This document shows positions 15,301-27,300 of a stretch of DNA of 64,000 bases, one piece after another. Source of the DNA: Chrysomallon squamiferum (Eukaryota; Animalia; Mollusca). A program made the position numbers and the translations under genes. The DNA lies in assembly GCA_012295275.1 (NCBI GenBank), contig CM022665.1:30814001-30878000 (forward strand), read 5' to 3'. How positions within the stretch are numbered: the first letter of the stretch is position 1; each line of letters opens with the position of its first letter. A model generated the notes under the pieces. The model did no database searches. It saw only the letters and a list, made by a program, of their open reading frames with translations, and was not told the DNA's origin.

Positions 15301-18300
15301 CTCATAAAATTATTATGTGCATTTACATATTGGATCTGTAATGATGGTTACATAGTAGATGTATTTTTTCTAAATGATGTTTGATGTTTTCAGCAACTGG
15401 AGCAGGACATACAGAATCACCAAGACAAGGTACAGGATGTTCTTGATGCTGCAGCTGTCTTCAGAGAATCCAAACATTTCCTTAACAAAGAGCTGCAGGC
15501 TAGAGCCAGGGAAATATCTGAAAGGTATTTTTAATATATGGATGTATTTATACACACACAGCTGTCTCTGTACATGTTTGTTTATGCATCTATTTGTTTT
15601 ACAAATGCGTGTATGTCCATACATCTTTTTAAAAATGATAATTTAGGTGAAACAACAGTGCTAAATAATAACCTTTTTTTTTTAATGAAAGTTTTCAAAT
15701 CTCTTCATCTTGTTAGTTTAAAAGTTGTTTTTCTCCAGCTTTTAACTGTTCTGAAAAGCTTTCTTTTTATAAAACCAAAATATTTCCTCTTAAGTATAAT
15801 TTTTAAAGAAAAAGATTTATTTCTCAGGTATAGTTCATTAGCTGAACCATGCAAGATCAGACGAGAGAATCTTGAAGAAGCTCTGCAAATGTACCAGTTC
15901 TTCAGGGATATTGAAGATGAGCTGTCATGGATACAGGACAAGCGCCCTACTGCTGAATCTACAGATCTTGGCAGTTCATTAACTGCAGTACAGAACCTCA
16001 TTAAAAAACATCAAGTATGTAGTTTCCATCTGAGATATTAATATATAGCTGCATCTCCCTGTTTTTTTACCATCTGATGTTTTTATCATTTTATCAGTCA
16101 AAAACTATCCTGAATGCATTTTTTTTTTAACAGAAATCCCTGGTAATATTCTAAAATAAAAAGGTATAAATTAATGAGTATATAAAGGTTGCTTGTAGAG
16201 GTTTGAAATTGCTAGGAATATTAGTAATAAACTAAGCATTTGAAAACTATGTAAAGTATTAAGTTAAATAATATTTTGTAGTCAAATAGTAGATAGTTCC
16301 TGATTTTCTAATTAGAAATATATTTAAATTTAATTTTTTTGTTAAACTGAACATTTTTATTAGCACTAATTTCAAAAACAAATATAAAATAAAATAATTA
16401 CTTCTTTATAATAGATATACACAAACTAGAGCTATAGAATTAATTTTTATCTTTTTCCTTATTCTAATTTACAGCCATTCCATCCAAAAGTGGTATGATT
16501 AATATTAAAAATAAAAAATTGTTTTAAAAATGTGTTCACAAATATTAAAAGATTCACTTTTTCATTTTGGTATGTAATGTCTGCACGACTTATGGAATGA
16601 TTCATCACCAAAAATCAGTATTGTTTGTATATGTTTTGTTGTTATACAAATTACTGATTTTTTACTTAGCAGAAATTTAGTAACTACTCAGGATTTCCAA
16701 CGTTTAAACTGAAAAAACAGACAAAAATATTTTTAAAGAAGAATACATATGCATGCATGCACTAGAATATACATACCTGTATGCTTAAACATTCATATAT
16801 ACATTTGTACATTAAATATGGTTGGGTTAGTAAAGTTTAATCAGGCTCAAAAGTGATTACATTTTATTATTTTTACTTTGATATTGTTACATCACAGCAT
16901 GTCCATTACTTTTATTTTAAGTACAGTATATAGTTACTCTGTTCACTGCATCACAATATATTGTAAAAACAAGTGACAAAGATAACAGACTGGATATAAA
17001 TTCTGTGAAATTTTGCGGAATTATATATACTGTATTTTATTCTGTGGATTATTAAGTAAATTATTTTAATAGAAGTTTTGTATATATTGGTGTTACAATT
17101 TTATTTTATCATTTATAATTAAATATTAAATAGAAGTAATGCAAGCAAATACTTGTTTTACATTGTCATCTAAAAATGTTTAATTTTATAAAAAATATTG
17201 ATAAAGTATTATTTTATCATTGGGATTTTTTTTTTATCTCTCAACATAACAGCAGTATATAATTAGCTGTTAAACAGTCCATTTTAATTTGTATCCTTGT
17301 GTCCTTATTCACAATCTTATAAATACAAATATTTAATAAATTACTGTTATTTTAAATGTTTTTAATTACAGATTTTCTTAAGAAACATTCAGTTTTAGGT
17401 GAATAATTAAAATATATTTTTCTTGTTTTTGTTTCAGGCTCTGGAATCTGAGATTGTTGCTCATGAACCACTCATTGACTCGGTGGCAAATGCTGCTCAG
17501 ACAATGATTCGTAACAAACACTTTGCCTCACAGGACATCCAAATACGTCTTGATGAACTACACCAACAACTGCAGTCTCTCAAGATGGCCACGTCAGCCA
17601 GAAAGATCAAACTTCAGGATGCTTTGGAAGCACAAAAGGTAAGACTTTCATTTTGTTTGTAATTATTATTTGCATTTTACTGTTGAGTGTGAGTGCACAT
17701 TTACTTTTTTTATAGGCAAGTGTAAATCTGGGTTTGATCATTTAATTAATTTATTTTATTTTATTTTAAAGTACTTTTAGAAATTCACATAAATATTTGA
17801 CAACTCCTTGGTGGACCCTCTAGTTTCTTTAAAAAGGCTGTTTATTTTCATTTGATTCTTCTTAGTTTTAAATTATTTTACCTGTTATTAATAATAATTT
17901 TGAATGTGAAAGCATACTGTCGTGCCTCTGTGAAAACAAGGTTGTTTTTAATTTCAGTTTTACACAGAGGCAGCTGAAGCAGAATCATGGATGAGAGAAA
18001 AGATTCCACAGCTGACTAGCTCTGATCTTGGAAGAGATGAAGACTCTGTTCTTGTTAGTATTGTTATTAATCTGAGAAAATAAGAAAATATATAAACTAA
18101 TGACTGTGTAAAACATTGTGCTTTATTAATCTGTTTCATAACACAATGATCATTCTCATTGCATTGTTAAGCTGTTAATTCCACACCTGAAAACAACCAG
18201 ATTCCTAGTTAAATCTTGATGATTATTTTCTGTTTTACATTTTTTTTCCTTCTGTTTTCAGGCTTTGACTAAGAAACTAGATGCCCTGGAGCGAGATATT

Positions 18301-21300
18301 GACAATTTCAGCAATAATATTGGAGAGTTATCTGCTCTTAGTCGAGGTCTCACTGACAGAGATCATTATGACAGTGCTAACATCAAGAAAAAACAGGTTA
18401 AATATAAACTCTTCTAATAAATCATTGTCAGTAAAATGCTATTTAATTCTGTAAAATATAAAGGGTATTTATTTTATTCCAGTTTCTTTTTATCCTCTTT
18501 TTTAATTATTAATATATATATTTTTTTAAAGAAATTTCTCTTTTTAACATAGATTATTTTTATTAAAGACAATTACATCCAGTATTGCTGTCATCAACAT
18601 TTATCTAATAGATTAATTTACATGAAATATATTTACATGGATTATTTATTTTTAAAAATGTTTCAAATATCCAGGCTGAAATTGAGACTCAGTACAGTCA
18701 GCTACAAGACTGGACTAATCAGAGACGAAGCAAACTGAATGACAGCAGGAAGCTGTTTGAGTTTAACCACGAAGTCGATGAAGTCATCAACTGGATTACA
18801 GATAAAGGGATTATTGCTGGATCGGAGGATTATGGTCAAGATCTTGAACATGTTGAGGTGCTCTTCATATTAATCATTTATAATCACTTATAATTTCTAT
18901 GAACACATTATTTGTTGTTGTTGTTTTTTTTACCAAAAAATACACAGAATACAATTGCCACATTTCCTTATGAAACTTGAGAGCTATTTAAAATATAATA
19001 ATAATAATAATAATAAATTAATAAGAAGAGAATATTTTATGTATTGGAAAGATTTTTGTCTGTTAATAACACAAGAAGATCCAGGAAAATTTTGCTAATA
19101 TTTACTGTAGAAAATATAATTACAGTTTAAATAATTTAAATGTTTTTAAATTATATAATTATCAGCTGGTTTAATTGGATAGGAATGAACATATTTAAAA
19201 AATTTTAACTTTGTTATGAAATAATAATAAAACATTAAAAAAATAATAATATAGTGCCAGTATATTTTTTAAGGTTAAAATATATTTGTTCTTGAATTTA
19301 TTGATTTATTCAATTTTTTTTTTTTTTTTTTTTTATCTTTTGTCATTAAATAAATTAATAATACATTATTCAATACAGCATCAGTAAATTAACAATACTG
19401 TTTTTCATTTACAGATCTTGCAGCAGAGATTTGAAGATTTTCTACATGACTTGACAACAAATGAAGATCGGGTTGCAAATGTTCTTGCCAAAGCTGACAA
19501 CATGTTGTCTACAAAACATTTTGAGTCTGAAAAGATTCAGATGAGAGCTAATGAGATCAGGCAGATGTGGGCTGACCTGAAAGAAGTAGCCGAAGCAAGG
19601 AGAGATGTAAGTTAAATTGCCATGTTATATTTTTAATAATAGATGTAGTAGTTTTTAAAATACAGTGAAACTTAACAAAACCAAACAAGGACGAAGTAAC
19701 ATTTTGAGAGATGTTTGGTACACTGAGGTTCTACTGTTAAGACATTTAAATGATCGAACCATGCAAGTTTTTCCAGTTTGTTTTGATAGATTTCAATGTA
19801 TATAAAGATTTAAAGTGATACAGAATTGTTCACGGATGAAGTTAAATTTCACTGACATTGGTTGCATGATTGCAGCACTGCTGATTTGTACAGGTGTTGT
19901 TTCTGTACAATATATACTTGTTATTTCTTTTGAGTTAGATGACTTATGGTTCTTAGATGTTCACATTTCTCATGAAGATATTGTATGATGTTAATATTAC
20001 AAAAAACATACCTTACTGTTGATTAAGTTGTTACAAAGTATTATCTGTCATAAATACATACATTACACAAAAGCACAGCTGAATCCTTCAGTTACTAACA
20101 GTTGACATTCTCTTGTACTAGACATAATGAACTGAAATCGTAATAATAAAGACCATGATTTCACTGATTTATAAAAAATAAAGACACTCTATTAACCACA
20201 CTTGGAAAATAATGAAGGTCCAGTTTCACAGCTTGGAATTACTTTGCAACTGTTCTTCTTACAGGCTCTGGCTGGTGCTAAAGAAGTACACATGTATGGT
20301 CGTGATGCCGATGACACATTGGAGTGGATTCAGGAGAAAGATGGAATCATCAGCAGTGATGACTATGGACATGATCTGGAGAGTTGTCAGTCACTGCTCA
20401 GTCGGCATGATGGTCTTGAGGTTTGTTGTCTTAATCATACACTTATGTGTTGGAAATATATACTGAACAAAAATATCTAGGGAACAGAGAAATCAGTGAT
20501 CTTTAGGTAGATAATTTTAATTAAACATCAGAAATTGGTAACTGTCTATATACTTCAGATTTACTTTCAGTAGATAAACAGTGTCAATATGTATACAAGT
20601 TATATGTTGATAAAAATAAAACTACTTAATCTATTTAATAAATACTTTTGATGCATGTTAGCAATAACTTGAAAACTAGAGTATGTAATATTTATTATTA
20701 ACCTTGTTTGAAAAATTTGTTAACAGAGAGATCTGGCAGCCATTAGTGAGCAGGTTGAAATAATCACAAAGGAGGCAGAGCGTCTGATTGGCCTGTTCCC
20801 TGATGCACAGGAACACATTGCAGCCAAACATGAGGAGATGGTTCAGTCATGGAACAACCTGGTGGAGAAGTCCACACAGAGGAAGGAGAAACTTCAGCAG
20901 GCAGAACAGCTGCAGATGTACTTCAATGACTACAGAGAACTCACGTAAGTTTGGGTTATTGAAATTTAGATTGCAGAAAAACATTCACCAGTTAGAAGAT
21001 ATTGACAATTTTTCATAGAAGTTTTTTTTAAACAAAAGTCAGTGGATTGGAATAACTCTTGGTACCTTTGGCTAGGATTATGAAAATATTCTATTTTGAT
21101 GAACGTGTAATGGATACTTTAACTCAAAAAAAAAAATGTTAAATTCTTAAAAACATATGTATTAAATTGTTATTTTGAGTAAAACAAAATTTGGATAGAA
21201 TATAATAATATATTAACTGTTAGCTTTGTTTTAGAATATTTATAAAAATTATGTTTTTTAATTTTACTATTGATGAATGTAAATCAGAATAATATCGGCA

Positions 21301-24300
21301 ATCTAATTTTTCTGATATTTCAGAGCTTGGATCAGTGAAATGATGGCAATAATTACCTCAGATGATTTGGCAAAAGATCTGCCAGCTGCAGAGGCCATGA
21401 TTGTCCGATATAAGGAACACAAGGCTGAGGTGGAGAGTCGCAGAGAAGCCTTCACCAAATTCAAGGACACTGGACAGTATCTCATTAACAATGGTCACTT
21501 TTTGTCTGAAGAGGTAAGCTTCTTGAAAAAATGTGTAGGTAATAAACAACTAATTACATGAGAAAACCATTTACCTAACTAGTATTTTGAATTAGCCAAA
21601 TCATGTACTACATATTAATCTGAATTTCAGATTGCTGAAAAAATTCATCAACTGGATGAATCTCGGGAAGGTTTGGAAAAAACCTTGGAACACCGCAGGA
21701 AGTTACACGAACAGAACCTAGAGGCTCAGGTATATTTATTTGAAACAGATTAAAATAATTCTCATTTTATGTCAATTTATATTGATTTTAACGTTATAAT
21801 TAATGAAAATTTAAAAACAAACAAAATTTTAAAATAAAAATAATAAAATAAAATATTAAATTAATTATGTAAATTCAGTAAAAACAAAAATGTTTATGTA
21901 TCTAATCTTTTCTTTTTTGTAGTAGATACTATTATTAATATTACAGCTTAATTATTTTAAAATTAAAATTTTACGTTGTTTTGACTTTTAACAGTTAAAC
22001 TGATAATTATTATGAGCTTATAGTAACATCTAAACCAGCAATATATTTCAAACTCTTTTAATGACATCATTCTTTTAATGTAATATAGCAACTGAAACAT
22101 GAAATGGAGCAAGTGGAAGCCTGGATTCACCTGCGAGAGCCACTTCTGAAAGAGAAAAACTATGGCGAGTCAATCGAAGCTGTTGAAGAACTGCTGAGAC
22201 GACATGCTGACTTTGAAAAGACTGTCGATGCACAAGAAGACAAAGTGAATGCACTGAGAAGACTTACTGAGGTTAGATTATTTGTAATTCTATTTTGATA
22301 CATAGAAATTAATGTTTATAATAATGATATAAATGGAAAATACATTAAGAAATCTTTAATATCAGACATATTTAATACAAAAAGAGTGCTTTTAAAATGT
22401 ATATTGAGTGGAAGATACTTTAGTCTTAAATATGAAATATGTTAGTTAAAGAGCTTTACTTTAAACTGATATAATTTGGGTATCCATAAGAAATAGTAAA
22501 TTAACAAATCCACCCTTTAATGTAGTGTATTTATGTAATTATTCACACAGCTTTAATATTTTAGTTAAAACAGCAGTCTGAAAATAAATAAAATGTGACA
22601 TAACTGAGAAAAATCTTGACAATATTTCACATTTAAATAAACCTTTTTTGACATATACCATTAAACAGTAGATTTATGAAAAGTAATTAAGAACTGACAA
22701 TAGTATGGTATTTTACAGTGGAGTAATATCTTTTTCAAAACAACAGGTTGAAAAGGCCTTTGCAGATCAGCATCTCTTGGATCAGCAGATAATGGTGCAG
22801 GATGAAGTTCGAAGAGAAAAAGATCGTGTGGATGAATTAAGGAGGAAGGAGCAAGACAGAATCCTTGAGGTTTGTACTGCTTATATTTACAGTTACGTAG
22901 TAAAATACATTAAAAATTGTTAATGTAAACAATACTTAAACTCATTTATATGCAAAGAAGTTTTAAAAAAAAGGAAAAACAGAGAAAAGAACCACATACA
23001 CAGATAATTACAAATACATAAACACAGCACTTGTTATTCACACATTTACATTCAATATATATATATAAACAGTTAAACAAACATAAAATTGTAACTACAG
23101 TAGCATACAGAAATGATGTGTTCTTATGACAGTTATTAATTGGATTGATCTATTGTACCAAAGAAAATAAAAATATTTCTTCACTGATATTCACAAGCAC
23201 ATCCTCCTGCATGTTTCATATTAACAGTGAAAACTGTTTATTATATTCACAATCCATTCATAGCATGTTTAGTTATTATAGTAAATGACTGAGTTATTTT
23301 TATTTATTATTATAATAGAATTTATAAGCATTGCCTGTTTTGCTTACATCAGCTGTTTTAGTTATTGCTTTTTCAAAATATTATTTTGTAGCATTATAGC
23401 AAATAGCATGCCATTTTGAATTTTTTTATGAACTAATTATTTTTATATTTATGCAGGCTATAAAAAAAAAAGGGAAATTAAAATATTTAAACTGAAATAA
23501 TTTTAAAATGAAAATTAACTGCATACATTTTTTTTGCCAGAAATGTTCACAGTGTTATATATATTTTGAAATTATAATTTATAATGATCAAATTACATAA
23601 TTAAATTTTAGTTTTCTGTGATTTTTTTCATTCAGAAAATTTTGTCAATTTAAAAAAGAACACATAAATAAAAAAGAATTTCATAATTGTTCAGTGATTT
23701 CTGCATTGTTTGAAGTGTAAAATATTTTTAATACATACAAAAAATACTGAGCAGTAAATATAATAAAATATTTTGATAATTAATTTTTATATGTTTTTGT
23801 TTTATATTTTAGTAATATATAAATTAATTTTTTGCAGAAGAGATATTATATGCATGTTTGTTTGCATTTCTTTTTTTTTTTTTTTTTTTTTAACCTTACC
23901 CTTTTTTTTTTCTTTACCCACAATTATTTCTGTTCAGGTGCAGATTTTTGTATCATAACATTAACTTGATTTTCTTTTCCAGAACCAAAGAGCAGTATGT
24001 TTTGGTTTTCATATGCCACACTTTGTTTTACTGGAAATATACTATCCAAAACAATTTAGGGATCATGGATTATTTCTTGATATTATTTTGATGGGTTTTA
24101 CATTTGTTATCACTTTTTAACATTACAGACACATAAAATACATAACTGGAAATAACTTTTGGTCATTAAAATGCTCTTTTCTAGTCAAAATATGTGTAAC
24201 AAATGGAATAAGTATTGTTATTTCAAATAAGAAAAATGTCATGGTCCCTAACAAGTTTTTGTTCAGTATATATTAAATTCTTTCTAATCTTTTTGTGGCT

Positions 24301-27300
24301 TATTTCTTATTTCTGACTGAACTTCAGATTTTTTCTATTAGTATAATTATTATATTCTATAATGTTCAGAGTTGTAAATATGTTATTATTTTTTTAGAAT
24401 GGAATGTTTTTTAAACTGAGCTGAAGCAGTTAAATTTTATACAAAATGTTTAAAAACATTAAAGATACAATTAGTTAATTTTTGTGACTAAGAAATCATT
24501 TTATTTCTTTTATAAACTGTGCAAAATCAGTAAATGAATATACATAAATATAAATATGCTACACAGTGATTAGTGTTTTTAAAAGTAATTTTAATTTTTT
24601 AAATCTCATTAAAAAATATTGATTAACAGAATTATTTAAAAAAAAAAAAAAAAAAATTTTAAAAAAGAAGAAAAAAGAAACAGAAAAAAAAACAGGCCTT
24701 TCATTTATATATCTTTCAGCCAGTCCAAATAGATATATATACATATTTCTAATGTTGGCATATTATTTAAATTCAGTAATAATTATTAAAAGAGTTTATT
24801 TCATTAATAATAATTTCTATAATAAAATGCTTTATTTTTTTAGTCAGAAATAATGAAATGCGCATATACTAACTGCATGCCAGTACAGTCCAAGCTTAAG
24901 TAAATTTTATTTGTTGTGTGTATCTATGAATCTGTCAGATGGTATATAATTTGTGTATTAATATTTTGTGTATGCTTTGAATTTAATATATCACATTTGT
25001 TTTCACTGCGCAGCCAGAAAGGCTAATGGTAATATTTTTAGCATGCTTCTGAGTGACAAATATTTTGGGAAATATTTTATAATTAAATATTATTTATATA
25101 TATCATCTTTATGTATTTCTTTTATTTTTTAAAACTTTTTTAATGTTTTCTTAAAATTATTTTTTTATTTTTATTTTTTCATTTTTTAACTTTTAAAAAT
25201 ATTTTCTTTCCAAAATTGATTTCCTTTTATCTTTGGTTAAATATTTTTTATATTTTATCCAAAATTAGCCACAGCCAAAATAATAACTGATAAAATTTAT
25301 ATAATTTTATTTAATCCTTTTTTTTTATCTCTTCTGTAAAATGTAATACAGATTATTTGTAATACCTAATAATCCCATTTAATGCCAGGAAAAAATACAG
25401 CTAGTTAGGGGGTTAGTGGCATGGGAGGTAATGGCCAAAGGGAATTACCCCTAGATGACTGGCGAAGGCATTATAAAGCACAGGAAATCTGTCTTTTCCA
25501 TTCAAGTGCCATTTCAGCCATGACAGGAAAAACTTTGTTGAGAAATATTACCTTTCTCAAACTCTTTCCTGTCTTAGTTGCCTTAACTATTTGGGTGAAA
25601 AGACTCAATAACAAAAAGGTAGAGTTTCACATTGACAACGAGGCAGTAGTGATTGTAGTTGATAAGAAAACATCAAAGTGTCCCATGGTAATGTCATGAA
25701 GGCAGTCAGTATGTCTCCAGGGGATTCTGGGTCATTTCTTTTATTCAGCTGTGGCCAGGTTTTTTATCCAACAGTAAAATGGGTTTGAGGGTATTGATGT
25801 AAATGTAAATAATTGTATATTATAAAATGTCACACCTGTACATAGTTGTATAAATAAGTATATATATGTGTTATCATTTGTGGTGTTTTTTATCTGGGCA
25901 TTAATGCAATTATCTATAGTTCTTAATATATTTATTGCTTCAAAAACAGCTTTTTAAATAATAATAATAATCATAATAAAAAATAAAAATAGCAAAATAT
26001 TATAATAAATTTTATAATAATTAACTTTTTTCATGGTAGATGGGTGATATTTAATACTCAATTTTTAAATTTTATTTCTAATTTATTTCATGGTTTTTTT
26101 ATTTTTATTATTATTGTTTTTTTTTTTTAACCATGTCAAAAATTTATAATAATTATGAGTTGTTTGGGTTGTTAATAGTTATGATATCAGTCAATATTAA
26201 GTGTTTTTTATGAATTTGTGACAAGTGTGCATTTTTTCATCCCGTAATCTCAGTAATAAATAATTTTTTAAAAATAATAATAGAAAATTAATTAAATAAA
26301 AATGAAATTAAAACAACAAAACTGACTTCACCTAAAGTAAATGAAACTGTAATTATGTTAATAACACATTTGGTATTTAAACTATGCATGTATAAATTGT
26401 ATTTTTAAATTGAAAATTTTAATATGTATATTTGGGTGTTTGGTACTGTTGCATGAAATGGTTATTTGAAAAACATAATTCAAAAAAAAAAAAAAAAAAA
26501 AAAAAAAATTCAAAACATTAAATCCAGCATTTCATTAGATATTTTCTATAATGTTTTATTGTTTCAAGTAAGATCTGGTAGGTGTTTTATATTCAGTTAC
26601 ATAATAACTTAACTAACATTTTTAACTGAAACTATTATGCACATCTTGATAAAGAAATTTAATTAAACCAGAATATGCAAACAATAATAACAAGCTGAAA
26701 ATGTATTTCAATTATTTACTTTTTTCTTCCTTTTTTTTTTTCCAAAATTTTTGTCCTATCCTTATTTATTTATTTACTTTTTAAAAGTAAAATAATATTA
26801 AAAAAATTCAAAATCCCTAGTAAAGTACATACATGTGGTTCTGAAATCATACTAATTTAAAATGGTTCAATATCAGGATCTAGACACTTTACCTGTGAAT
26901 CATGTTAACCCTTTCAATTCTGTTGCTCTCAAACAGGGCTTCATTTCCAAAGTTTCTTCAACAGGTTAATCTTAATTAGCTCATATCACATTATCAGTTT
27001 ATATGCTAAACTGAAAATATATATTTTTTTTATCTTCTATATAATATAAAATGTAATATATAAAAAAAGCAAAAAGAAAAACAACCTTCTTATCTTTATA
27101 ACTTTCATCAGAAACTGTCATTATTCATTTACTTTCAATCAGTACTTTTATTTCAATAAATGTTTTAATATTTTTGACTAAAAAAGATATTTTTATTTGT
27201 ATATAAAACAATAATAATAAAACCATTAATAATTTGTAAAAGTATTTTAATGTTATATTTTAAAAAGTAAGGTAAATATTAATTAAATTTCAAATTTATT

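Noticed and set aside
19876-19893. 18-nt gcag..gtgttg segment preceded by TGCATG
   Set aside because: In-frame TGA in the host phase, no pyrimidine tract and a poor donor.
24939-24941. cag|ATG|gtatat possible 3-nt exon
   Set aside because: Weak splice signals; cannot be told from chance by sequence alone.
26905-26969. TTAA-CCCTTT ... ACAGG-TTAA, piggyBac-like ends
   Set aside because: Right end matches poorly and the element is only about 60 bp; chance is likely in AT-rich DNA.
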